A DNA stretch of 32,000 nt from positions 19,538-51,537 of the forward strand of contig CALWRS010000011.1 in NCBI GenBank assembly GCA_944384025.1. The letters run 5' to 3'. Position 1 is the stretch's first letter. Every line of letters starts with the position of its first letter. Below are positions 15,315 to 23,616 of this stretch, piece after piece. This DNA is from an uncultured Lachnospiraceae bacterium (lineage in GTDB: Bacteria; Bacillota; Clostridia; Lachnospirales; Lachnospiraceae). The position numbers were made by a program, and so were the translations under genes. Below the pieces are notes generated by a model. The model was not told where the DNA came from. It worked only from the letters and a program-made list of their open reading frames with translations, and ran no database searches.

Positions 15315-15365
15315 TGCGGCACAAAGCAGCCGACGGAAGAAGCGCCGTCGGGGAAAGGAGGAGAA

Positions 15366-16337
15366 ATGAAAAAAGCCTTAGGAATTGTGTGCCGGCAGGA
15401 AGAATATACGAAGCGCTTGTGCGAAGAGCTGTGCCGGGGAGAATTCCGAGACTGGCAGCTGGCGGCGTTTACGTCTCTGCCCGATTTTTACCGGTGGGAC
15501 GAGAAGGAAGACGTTGCGGTTTTGCTTCTTGAAGAGCACTTTTTTTCGGAGTGGGAAGCGGCGTCGGAAGCGTCTTTTTGCAAAACGCTTGTCATTTGGC
15601 TGTCTGAGGACAAAGAAGCGTGTTTATGCACGCCGTGGATTTTTATGTACCAGTCTTCCGAGCAGATTAGCCGCCGCCTAAGCGCGTTTTTTAGGGAACA
15701 AACGGCGAAGGAGTTTCCGGAAGTGCCCGAGGTAAGGAAGGAAGGGGCTGCGCCGGAGCCGGAAGGACTTTCGGTTATTGGGGTGCTGTCTCCTTGCGGA
15801 GGAATGGGCGTAACGAGCTTTTCGTATGCGTGTGCGAAGGAATTGGCAAAGCAGGGAACGACCGTGTTTTTGTCGCTTGATCCGTATACAGGGCTTTCGG
15901 ACGTTCCCAAAGACGCGCGGTCTTTGTCGGAACTGATGTATCTTTTGCACGAGTACGGGGCAGATTGGACGGCGCACAAAGAACACTGCGTGCATCGGCA
16001 GGGAAGGCTGGAGCTAATTGCCGGAATGGCGGACGCATCCGACCTTTGGGAGCTTGGGAAAAAACAGTGGAAAGACTTTCTTTCGGGTCTTCGGCAGTGT
16101 AGCGGGATTTCCTTTCTCGTAATTGACTGCGCCGCCGGCTGTATGGCAAGAGAAGACGTGCTGGAAGCCTGCGGACGGCTCTTTCTTCTGGGAGAGGAGG
16201 AGTCTTTGAAGGTGGAACAGTGGAAAGAACGGTTTTTGCATCTGGCGCATCGGACGCAGCTTGTAAACTTGCGAAAATCGGGAGTGCCTGAGCGCGAGTG
16301 GCTTAGGAGCGCAGGTCTAATGCAGGAGGGCGCATGA
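15366..16337 (+). CDS. tadZ: TadZ/CpaE-like protein: N-terminal receiver-like region plus a MinD/ParA-like domain lacking both P-loop lysines
   Basis: Lies directly upstream of tadA and is translationally coupled to it. The P-loop region reads VIGVLSPCGGMGVTSFSYACAKELAKQGTTVFLSLD, against the canonical KGGVGKTT. ATG 15366 follows AGGAGG. The track ORF from 14970 overlaps malQ and is rejected. Confidence 0.6.
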   Translation: MKKALGIVCRQEEYTKRLCEELCRGEFRDWQLAAFTSLPDFYRWDEKEDVAVLLLEEHFFSEWEAASEASFCKTLVIWLSEDKEACLCTPWIFMYQSSEQISRRLSAFFREQTAKEFPEVPEVRKEGAAPEPEGLSVIGVLSPCGGMGVTSFSYACAKELAKQGTTVFLSLDPYTGLSDVPKDARSLSELMYLLHEYGADWTAHKEHCVHRQGRLELIAGMADASDLWELGKKQWKDFLSGLRQCSGISFLVIDCAAGCMAREDVLEACGRLFLLGEEESLKVEQWKERFLHLAHRTQLVNLRKSGVPEREWLRSAGLMQEGA

Positions 16338-17578
16338 ATATGCAAAGAGAGGAGTACGAACAGAACCTGACTTTGCTGACCGGGCGCGTTGTTGAAGCGG
16401 CGGACATCTCTAAGGAACTGTCAGACGAAGAGCTTTTGCTGCTCGTTGAGCAGGTCGTTCGTGAAAGAGCTGCCCGGCAGTACTTAAGCGTAGCCACGCG
16501 GCGGCAGCTAAAGAGGGACATTTTTAACAGCCTTCGAAGGCTTGACGTGCTGCAGGAGCTTTTGGAAGACCCGACCATAACGGAGATTATGGTGAACGGG
16601 GCGGATCGGATCTTTGTGGAGCGCGAAGGGCGGCTGTATCTTACGGAGCGCCGCTTTGTAAACGAAGGGCGGCTTCGCGACGTAATTCAGCGAATCGCCT
16701 CGCGCGTAAACCGCGCGGTAAACGAAGCGAACCCGATTGTAGACGCCAGACTTCCAGACGGCTCGCGCGTAAACATTGTGCTTCCGCCGGTCGCTTTGGA
16801 CGGACCGACGGTAACTATCCGGAAATTTCCGGAAAATCGAATCACCATGGAAAAGCTAATCGCCATGGGTTCTATTACGGCAGAAGCTGCCGAATTTCTT
16901 AAAAAGCTGGTAAGAGCCGGCTACAACATCTTTATCAGCGGCGGAACAGGAGCAGGCAAGACGACCTTCCTAAACGCGCTGTCCGATTACATCCCCGAAG
17001 GAGAACGCATTATTACCATTGAGGATTCTGCGGAGCTCCAAATTCAAAACATTCCCAACCTCGTTCGCCTAGAGATGCGAAACGCAACGGTGGAAGGAAG
17101 TCACGCCATCAGCATTCGCGATTTGATTAAGACTTCGCTTCGAATGCGCCCAAACCGGATTATTGTCGGCGAGGTGCGAGACGCAGCAAGCATCGATATG
17201 CTGCAAGGGCTAAATACCGGCCACAATGGAATGAGCACCGGTCACGCCAATTCGCCCGGCGACATGTTATCCCGCCTGGAGACGATGGTGCTGCTTGGCG
17301 AGGAAATCCCGCTTGTTGCGGTAAGAAAACAGATTGCCTCTGCGATTGACCTTATTATTCAGCTAGGGCGCCTTAGAGACAGAAGCCGGAAAGTTTTAAG
17401 TATCGTGGAGGTGCTTGATTACGAGGAAGGAGAAATTACGCTAAATCCGCTGTATGCGTACAAAGAAGAAGGCGAGGAGGCGGACGGAAGCATAAGGGGC
17501 CGTCTGCTGCCTACGGGAAATGCCCTGCGGCACACGCAAAAGCTGCTTGCGGCAGGAGAAAGGGTGGCGGAAGGATGA
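16334..17578 (+). CDS. tadA: Tad/Flp pilus assembly ATPase (CpaF/TadA, type II/IV secretion NTPase)
   Basis: Walker A ISGGTGAGKTTFLNAL, Asp box ERIITIEDSAEL, Walker B RPNRIIVGEVRD, His box GHNGMSTGHANS. Confidence 0.92.
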   Translation: MNMQREEYEQNLTLLTGRVVEAADISKELSDEELLLLVEQVVRERAARQYLSVATRRQLKRDIFNSLRRLDVLQELLEDPTITEIMVNGADRIFVEREGRLYLTERRFVNEGRLRDVIQRIASRVNRAVNEANPIVDARLPDGSRVNIVLPPVALDGPTVTIRKFPENRITMEKLIAMGSITAEAAEFLKKLVRAGYNIFISGGTGAGKTTFLNALSDYIPEGERIITIEDSAELQIQNIPNLVRLEMRNATVEGSHAISIRDLIKTSLRMRPNRIIVGEVRDAASIDMLQGLNTGHNGMSTGHANSPGDMLSRLETMVLLGEEIPLVAVRKQIASAIDLIIQLGRLRDRSRKVLSIVEVLDYEEGEITLNPLYAYKEEGEEADGSIRGRLLPTGNALRHTQKLLAAGERVAEG

Positions 17579-18288
17579 AACGTGCGTGGGGGATGATGAT
17601 TGGCAGGCAGGCGCTGTTTTGCATCGCGACCGCTTACTTGTTTTTCCGCTCATGGAAGAGCTTGCTTTTCTTGCTCCCGTACTTTGTGTTTGGTATCCTG
17701 CGCGAAAAGCGGCAGTGTTTGCAAAGAGAAAAGGAACTGTTTGCCGAACAGTTTCGGGACGGACTGCAATGTCTGCTTTCGTCTTTGGAAGCGGGCTACA
17801 GTATGGAGAACAGCTTTGTAAACGCGGCGGAAGATTTGCAGGTGATGTTTCCAAAAGACGCGCCGATTGTACGCAGTTTTCAAAAACTTTGCAGACAGCT
17901 TGCAAACGGAAAGCCGATTGAGGAGCTTGTATACGCTATGGGAGAAAACAGCGGCCTAGAGGAAGCGCGCAGCTTCGCGGAAATTTTTATCACCGCAAAG
18001 CAAACGGGAGGCGATCTTCCGAAGGTCATCCGCTCGGTAACCGACGCGCTGTATCAAAAAGGGGAGGTTGCGAGGGAAATTGCGTCGATTCTTCTGGCAA
18101 AGCAGCTGGAAGTAAAGATCATGAGGCTGATGCCGTATGCGATTTTGGCGTATTTTCAAGTGTTTTCGCCCTCTTTTCTATCGCCGCTTTATGCGGGGCT
18201 TTTTGGCAGAGTGGTTATGCTGGCGGTTTTTTTGGTCTATCTCGCGTTTTGCCTCTGGGCGGATAAGCTGGCGGCAATCGAGGTCTGA
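17575..18288 (+). CDS. tadB: Tad pilus platform protein TadB-like (T2SSF family)
   Basis: 237-aa polytopic membrane protein with an ATGA overlap to tadA. T2SSF-like core LQCLLSSLEAGYSMENSF...EIFITAKQTGGDL. Confidence 0.75.
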   Translation: MKRAWGMMIGRQALFCIATAYLFFRSWKSLLFLLPYFVFGILREKRQCLQREKELFAEQFRDGLQCLLSSLEAGYSMENSFVNAAEDLQVMFPKDAPIVRSFQKLCRQLANGKPIEELVYAMGENSGLEEARSFAEIFITAKQTGGDLPKVIRSVTDALYQKGEVAREIASILLAKQLEVKIMRLMPYAILAYFQVFSPSFLSPLYAGLFGRVVMLAVFLVYLAFCLWADKLAAIEV

Positions 18289-18300
18289 AAGGAGGAGGAA

Positions 18301-19728
18301 ATGTACCGGATTTTTGTCGTATGCATGGAGCTTTTCGTTTTGGTTTGCGCTGCGGTCGGTTTTTTCACGGGGAGGCGAAAGATAACGCCGGGATTTTTGG
18401 CAGCGGGCTACAGCGTTTACTGCCTGAAGCGAAAGCTGTGGCGCAGGCTTGGCGTCTGGGAGGCAGAGTGCCTGTATTACAAGCATCTTCACGTGAATGA
18501 AAGACCGGAAGAAGTGCAGCTTAAGGCAGGCTGCAAACAGGGACTCGCCATTTTAGGAGCGGTGGCGGCATTTGGAATTGTAATTTTGCTGATGGGTACG
18601 GCGGGAGATTTTTCCGAAAAGGAAATCACGACCCTAAAGCGCCCGGCAGAGGGTACGCAAGTGCACAATCTGTCTGCGTGGGTTGCAGGCGAGCGCTATG
18701 AGATTGCGGTTGCGCTGACGCAAAAGCAGTTAACGGCACAGGAAGTGCAGGCGCATTGGCTTAAAGCAAAGGAAAGCCTGCCGCTGTGGATTCTTGGCGA
18801 AAACACGTCGCTTTCCTCGGTAAGCAGGGATTTGGATTTGCCACGGTTTTTGCCCGGAACAGCAATCGAAATTCAGTGGTACAGTTCGGATTACGCGCTT
18901 ATAAACCCGGAAGGCGGCGTTTTGGTAGAAGAGCTTGAAGGCGACGCGCAGGACGTTTTACTAACGGCGGAGCTTTCTTACGGGGAGTGGGTAGAGCACA
19001 TGGAAATTCCTGTTCGCGTCGTCGCTCCTTCTGCCAATCAAAAAGACAGTGTTCGGGAAAACATTTTTTTGCAGCTTCAGGACGAGCTTGCCGCGCAGGG
19101 GTACGAAGAAACGGTTGCGCTTCCGAAGGCCTTTGCGGATAAAGAAATTAAATACTACGAAGAACCGGCGCATCGGCCGGAGGGCGTTTTTTTACTGGTG
19201 TGCATGGCGATTGTCGGAATTTTCGCGGCGTCGGAGAGCGCTCACAAAAGAAAAAAAGAAGAACGCCTTCGGCAAATGCAGCGGGATTACCCGGAAGTTG
19301 TCACTAAGCTGACGCTTTTGCTGGAAGCGGGACTAAGCATTCGCTGCGCGTGGAGCAGAATGGCAGCGGAGTATCTTCGCTACGCCGGAGGGCGAAAAAA
19401 GCGCCGGTACGTATACGAGGAAATGCTGCATACGGATCGCCAAATGCAGGTGGGAATGTCCGAAAAAACGGCGTACGCGCAGTTTGGAAAGCGGTGCGGA
19501 ACAATTCTTTATCTCCGGTTTGGCTCGGTGCTTGTGCAAAATTTGCAAATGGGGAGCAGAAGCATTGTTCCGCTGTTAAAAAAAGAGGCGCAGGAAGCGC
19601 TGTGCGAGCGAAAAGAGCGCGCCAGACAATTGGGTGAGGAAGCAGGGACAAAGCTGCTGCTGCCTATGGCGGGGATGCTTGTGCTTGTATTGGTTATTGT
19701 TATGATACCGGCGTTTTTGTCTTTCTAA
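18301..19728 (+). CDS. tadC: TadC-like platform protein (T2SSF family) with an inserted extracytoplasmic domain of about 180 aa
   Basis: C-terminal T2SSF core DYPEVVTKLTLLLEAGLSIRCAWSRMA...LGEEAGTKLLLPMAGMLVLVLVIV. A central soluble segment between TM helices carries an Ig-like pattern: DLDLPRFLPGTAIEIQWYSSDYALINPEGGVLVEE...VLLTAELSYG. Confidence 0.7.
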   Translation: MYRIFVVCMELFVLVCAAVGFFTGRRKITPGFLAAGYSVYCLKRKLWRRLGVWEAECLYYKHLHVNERPEEVQLKAGCKQGLAILGAVAAFGIVILLMGTAGDFSEKEITTLKRPAEGTQVHNLSAWVAGERYEIAVALTQKQLTAQEVQAHWLKAKESLPLWILGENTSLSSVSRDLDLPRFLPGTAIEIQWYSSDYALINPEGGVLVEELEGDAQDVLLTAELSYGEWVEHMEIPVRVVAPSANQKDSVRENIFLQLQDELAAQGYEETVALPKAFADKEIKYYEEPAHRPEGVFLLVCMAIVGIFAASESAHKRKKEERLRQMQRDYPEVVTKLTLLLEAGLSIRCAWSRMAAEYLRYAGGRKKRRYVYEEMLHTDRQMQVGMSEKTAYAQFGKRCGTILYLRFGSVLVQNLQMGSRSIVPLLKKEAQEALCERKERARQLGEEAGTKLLLPMAGMLVLVLVIVMIPAFLSF

Positions 19729-19759
19729 AAAGAGAACGCGCGGAAGAAAGGAAGAGACT

Positions 19760-19957
19760 ATGAAAAAAATTATGTGGAAAATTAAAGAGGCGCTTGAGGC
19801 GTTTCAAAACGATCAAAGCGGAATCGGCGTTGTGGAAATTATTCTGATCCTTGTAATTTTAATCGGCCTCGTGCTGATTTTTAAAAATCAGATCACCGGA
19901 ATTATTAACAGCGCGTTCGAGTCCATCAGCGTCAATTCCGACGCTATCGTAAAGTGA
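19760..19957 (+). CDS. flp: Flp-family type IVb pilin
   Basis: 65 aa. A charged leader is followed by the SGIGVVEIILILVILIGLVLIF processing and hydrophobic motif typical of Flp prepilins. It sits inside the tad cluster and has RBS GGAAGAG. Confidence 0.8.
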   Translation: MKKIMWKIKEALEAFQNDQSGIGVVEIILILVILIGLVLIFKNQITGIINSAFESISVNSDAIVK

Positions 19958-22215
19958 TGGCAATGCGGGCGAAAAAAAAGACGTATACGGCCTCTATCTC
20001 GGTGCTGCTCTCGCTCTCTTTGTTTTTGATTCTTTCGCTTTTGCTTGTCCTACTTGAATCTGCGCGTGTAAATGCGATGCGCGCTATGGTGACGCTTAAT
20101 TTGCAAAGCTCGCTGGAGGCAGTTTTAAGCAATTATTACGAGCCGCTCTTTAACGACTACGGCATCTACGGCTTGTACGATGTGCAGCTAGAAGAAGAAC
20201 TTGCGGACTGCATGGAGGCGGCTGCATCGCCGCTTGCGGATTTGCCGGAATTTTATACGGGCGCAAAGGACAGCAGCTTCGCATTTTCCTACGATCTCTC
20301 CGACATAAAAGTATGTAACGAGACGGACTTGCTTGACGGCGGCGGACAGATTGTGGCGGCGCAGATGATGGAGGCGGGGGCCGTAGACGGAATAGAGATT
20401 GTTGCCGAAAAGCTTTTAGAGGCCGTGCATTTGCTTGACGACGCGGAAGAGACCGCCACGCTGCTGCAAGAGAAGATGGCGGTGGAACAACAGCTGGCCT
20501 ACATGGATATGGAGCTTTTGGCGCTAATGCAGGCTGTGGACGGTGCGCCTGTTGCTGCGGGCGGCTTTGTCGTAGATAAAAACGGAAATTACGTCTGCGG
20601 CACGCGGTTTGTAAAACGGCTTGTGCCGGGCGCAGTTTCCAAAGAAAGCGTACTGCTGCAGGCGAACTTTTACGAGTCCTTAAAAGAGCGTTATGTAGAC
20701 GGCTGGGTTTTGCTTGCGCAAATGAATTCGCTGGGCGAACAGGCGGCGACGCAGGAAGAAAGCCTTGTGCTGCTGCGGGAAAAAGAAGTTGAGCTTCGGC
20801 TGCTTCTTGCCTCCTGCAAGGAAGCGGCGCAAAAAGGGCTTGCTGCACTGGAAAAGCTGCTTGTTTACCAGGAGCAGGCGGCTCCGTTAGTTGCCGAGTT
20901 GGAGCGCACGCTTAAAGCGGGAGAAGAGCTGTTAGGCGAGTCGCTTTTCTCTTCCTGTATGGAGGAGCTTGCGACTATGAAAAAGTACGCGGGGATGACG
21001 CTTTCAACAGAAGGCTACGACTTCGCCGCCATGCAGCAGACGCTTTTGAAAAACTTGCAGTGCTTAGAGCAGTTGGAAGAAGCTTACGTTACGTACGACA
21101 AAGGAGGCTATCCGGGGTGGAGCGCTGGAATGAAGGCGGCGCAGCGAATCTTTCGCGACTATTCGTTTGATTCTTTTCAGCTAGATTACAGCGAAATACG
21201 CGGAACCGTTGTTTTGACCGATACAAGCGGCTGGGATGCCCTTGTGGAATTTCTCTTAAAAGGCATCGACAGTTATTTGTTTACCGGAGAAGAAGAGCTT
21301 TCCTACCGGGCGATTTACGACTGGAATTTGCCTTCGAAAAACGTCTCGGGCGGCGCAGAAGACCTCTACCGGCTGCCGAAACTTACCGAAGAGGATTTGC
21401 AGGATACGGAGTTTGTGCAGGAGTATTTGCAGGGCGATGCGCTTGGAGGAATTCGCGGATTTCTTTTGGAATCGACAGAGCGCATTGGCGAAAAGCTGCT
21501 GCTTGTTGCCTACATGCATACGCATTTTGGGAATTACACAGAGCAGGAGCAGGGAGTTTTGCTGTATCAGCAGGAGTATTTGCTTTTTGGCTCGATGCGC
21601 GACATCTCCAATGTGCGGCAATGTGCGTACAGCCTTTTAGGTCTTCGCCTTCTTCTAAACATTATCTATGCATTTACTGATCCGGTTTTAAATTCCAAGG
21701 CGGCGGCATACGCAACGGAGCTTGTAGGAGGATTCGGCCTGCCGTTTTTGATTGTCGTATGCCAAACAATCCTTTTGTTTGTGTGCGGCGTACAAAATGC
21801 GCTCTTAGAAACCGTCGAGCTGCTTCAAGGAAAGCAAGTGCCGCTTCTTGTGACGACAAGCTCGTTTCAAATTTCCATGGAAGAAAGTTTCTTTATGGGA
21901 AAAACTGCCCTGCACGCGAAGGCGGCGGCTTACCGGGGCGGCAGCGGATTTTGTCTTACGTATTCGCACTATCTGCTTTTGTTTATGCTGCCGGCGAACC
22001 GGGAGCGGCTTACGTACCGTGCCATGGATCTAATTCAGGAAAATTTGCAGCTCTACCACGATCCGGACTTCCAATTTTCTAAGTGCATTCACAGCTTTGG
22101 CGCGACGGTGACGGTTCGTTACCAAACGAAATACGCCGGGCTTTTGTTTACCGGCGACCGCGTCTTATCGCCAAGGGAGCTTTTGCTGCAGGAAAAGGCG
22201 GCTGCGGGCTACTGA
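19954..22215 (+). CDS. Large Tad-associated membrane protein of unknown function (753 aa)
   Basis: N-terminal TM ISVLLSLSLFLILSLLLVLLESARV, a long helical Leu/Glu/Ala-rich extracytoplasmic region, and C-terminal hydrophobic segments (LRLLLNIIYAF, GLPFLIVVCQTILLFVCGV). The start overlaps the flp stop (GTGATG). Confidence 0.6.
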   Translation: MMAMRAKKKTYTASISVLLSLSLFLILSLLLVLLESARVNAMRAMVTLNLQSSLEAVLSNYYEPLFNDYGIYGLYDVQLEEELADCMEAAASPLADLPEFYTGAKDSSFAFSYDLSDIKVCNETDLLDGGGQIVAAQMMEAGAVDGIEIVAEKLLEAVHLLDDAEETATLLQEKMAVEQQLAYMDMELLALMQAVDGAPVAAGGFVVDKNGNYVCGTRFVKRLVPGAVSKESVLLQANFYESLKERYVDGWVLLAQMNSLGEQAATQEESLVLLREKEVELRLLLASCKEAAQKGLAALEKLLVYQEQAAPLVAELERTLKAGEELLGESLFSSCMEELATMKKYAGMTLSTEGYDFAAMQQTLLKNLQCLEQLEEAYVTYDKGGYPGWSAGMKAAQRIFRDYSFDSFQLDYSEIRGTVVLTDTSGWDALVEFLLKGIDSYLFTGEEELSYRAIYDWNLPSKNVSGGAEDLYRLPKLTEEDLQDTEFVQEYLQGDALGGIRGFLLESTERIGEKLLLVAYMHTHFGNYTEQEQGVLLYQQEYLLFGSMRDISNVRQCAYSLLGLRLLLNIIYAFTDPVLNSKAAAYATELVGGFGLPFLIVVCQTILLFVCGVQNALLETVELLQGKQVPLLVTTSSFQISMEESFFMGKTALHAKAAAYRGGSGFCLTYSHYLLLFMLPANRERLTYRAMDLIQENLQLYHDPDFQFSKCIHSFGATVTVRYQTKYAGLLFTGDRVLSPRELLLQEKAAAGY

Positions 22216-22217
22216 CG

Positions 22218-22255
22218 GAGGGCACTTGCCGAATTTTGCAACTTTGCCCTCTTTT
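22218..22255 (+). terminator. Possible attenuator or partial terminator inside the tad operon
   Basis: GAGGGCA...TGCCCTC stem with inner TTGC/GCAA pairing, followed by TTTT. Confidence 0.4.
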
Positions 22256-22325
22256 GCGATAGCTGCGCCGGGTGTTGTAATTATTTTATTCTCTCTCCGG
22301 GCAATGTCCGGAGCAGCTATCGCAA
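22254..22325 (+). repeat. Long inverted repeat (17 of 18 bp) abutting the RBS of the next tad gene
   Basis: TTGCGATAGCTGCGCCGG (22254-22271) pairs with CCGGAGCAGCTATCGCAA (22308-22325). The 36-nt loop is AT-rich. An alternative 6-bp hairpin, CTCCGG/CCGGAG, uses 22295-22300 and 22308-22313. Confidence 0.7.
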
Positions 22326-22338
22326 AGGAGGGATTTGC

Positions 22339-23175
22339 ATGAAATGGCGGGCGGGATTAACCGTGGAGGCCGCTTTAGTGCTACCGATTTTTCTCTACGC
22401 AATCGTATCGTTTTTGTCGCTTTTTTTCTTTTTGCAGCTGCAAGTCGAAGTGCAAAGCCGCTTGACGGAAATATCACAAAAACTGCTGCGCTTTGGCGCG
22501 GTGCACGGGTATTTGAAGGAAAATTTTCCTGAAACATCGGAAGGGCTTTTAGAAGAGCTGGGGTTTTCCTGGGCGGTAGGCGCCGTAAGCGACGCGCTCT
22601 ACCTTTCCTTGTGCATGGAAGAGGAAATGGAGGAAGAACCGCTTTTGCGCTACGTAAAGGGCGGCGCGGAAGGATTTCGCTTTGAAGGCTCGTCCATTTA
22701 CGCAAAAGACGGGGAAATCGACATTGTCGTATCGTACGAATTTCAAACGCCGGGCGGGCTGTTCTCTTTTCAGGGAATGCCCGTTGTGCAGCGCGTACAT
22801 TCGCGTGCCTTTCGCGGCGACGGTAAGGCGGCGCAGGGCGCAGAGCAGGAAGCGGAGGAGACGCTTGTTTACGTTACGCAGCATGGCGAGGTTTACCATT
22901 GCAGCGAGTATTGCCGGTATTTAAAGGCGACGGTTCGGAGGGTACGCTACGACAACTTGCATCAGGAGAGAAACGCAAGCGGCGGGATTTATTATTCGTG
23001 CCGGTATTGCAAAGACGAGCAAATTTCGGAGTATGTTTTTGTAACGCCGTATGGAACGAGCTATCACACAAGCGCCTCCTGTCACAGTTTGCGAAAAAAA
23101 TTAGAAACAATTTCTTTAGAAGAGGCGAAGGAGCGAGGGCTGCGCAAATGCAGCGGCTGCGCAAAGGAGGAGTAG
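22339..23175 (+). CDS. TadE-like pseudopilin N-terminus fused to two Cys/His-rich (YH..C...CxxC) modules
   Basis: N-terminus MKWRAGLTVEAALVLPIFLYAIVSFLSLFFFL (TadE motif). C-terminal modules are VYVTQHGEVYHCSEYCRYL...YYSCRYC and VFVTPYGTSYHTSASCHSL...EEAKERGLRKCSGC. Confidence 0.7.
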   Translation: MKWRAGLTVEAALVLPIFLYAIVSFLSLFFFLQLQVEVQSRLTEISQKLLRFGAVHGYLKENFPETSEGLLEELGFSWAVGAVSDALYLSLCMEEEMEEEPLLRYVKGGAEGFRFEGSSIYAKDGEIDIVVSYEFQTPGGLFSFQGMPVVQRVHSRAFRGDGKAAQGAEQEAEETLVYVTQHGEVYHCSEYCRYLKATVRRVRYDNLHQERNASGGIYYSCRYCKDEQISEYVFVTPYGTSYHTSASCHSLRKKLETISLEEAKERGLRKCSGCAKEE

Positions 23176-23613
23176 ATGGGAGTGGAAAAGGTCTGTGCGA
23201 TTTTATTTGGCGCTTACTTATTGTTTTTGGCAATTAAAGATGCAAAGGAACGAAAGCTCTCCCTCGCGCTGCTTTTTATTGCTGCCGCTTGGTTTTTGCC
23301 GCTTGGGCTTTTGTGGAAAGTGGGCCTTGTATGGCGGATTGCCGGAGCGGGGGTTGGCGCGCTGCTTTGCGGGATCAGCTATATTAGCAAAGAGGGAATC
23401 GGCTGGGCGGACTCCGTGCTCGTTTTGCTTGTTGGCGTCTCGCTTGGCTTTGACGGCGTGCTTTTTGTGCTTGCCGTCGCCTTAGCGCTTGTTATGGTGA
23501 CGGCGGGGATTTTGTTTCTTTTGAAAAAGGTTGGGCGAAAGGATTTGCTGCCGTTTGTCCCATTTCTTTTTCTTGGATACTGCGCGTATTGCGCGGTCTG
23601 TCTTTGGAGGTGA
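23176..23613 (+). CDS. tadV: Prepilin peptidase, A24 family, short TadV/CpaA type
   Basis: 145-aa polytopic protein. Candidate catalytic Asp residues lie in LAIKDAKERKL and GIGWADSVLVLLVG. There is no methyltransferase domain. Confidence 0.8.
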   Translation: MGVEKVCAILFGAYLLFLAIKDAKERKLSLALLFIAAAWFLPLGLLWKVGLVWRIAGAGVGALLCGISYISKEGIGWADSVLVLLVGVSLGFDGVLFVLAVALALVMVTAGILFLLKKVGRKDLLPFVPFLFLGYCAYCAVCLWR

Positions 23614-23616
23614 CGT

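Noticed and set aside
14970-15365. The long upstream extension of the TadZ-like ORF (455-aa version)
   Set aside because: It overlaps the malQ 3' end, the malQ terminator and the candidate promoter. ATG 15366 has a good RBS and begins the receiver-like domain.
15488-16345. A 285-aa antisense ORF. Similar long minus-strand ORFs occur at 723-1466, 20150-20848, 24466-25182 and 27893-28573.
   Set aside because: These are shadow ORFs opposite well-supported + strand genes in GC-rich coding DNA. Their translations are Arg/Ser/Pro-rich and low in complexity, with no motifs and no start signals.
22272-22307. An invertible promoter segment flanked by the 18-bp inverted repeats in the tad gap
   Set aside because: The enclosed segment is only 36 nt, has no -35/-10 pair in either orientation, and no recombinase gene is nearby. 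An RNA structure is the simpler explanation.
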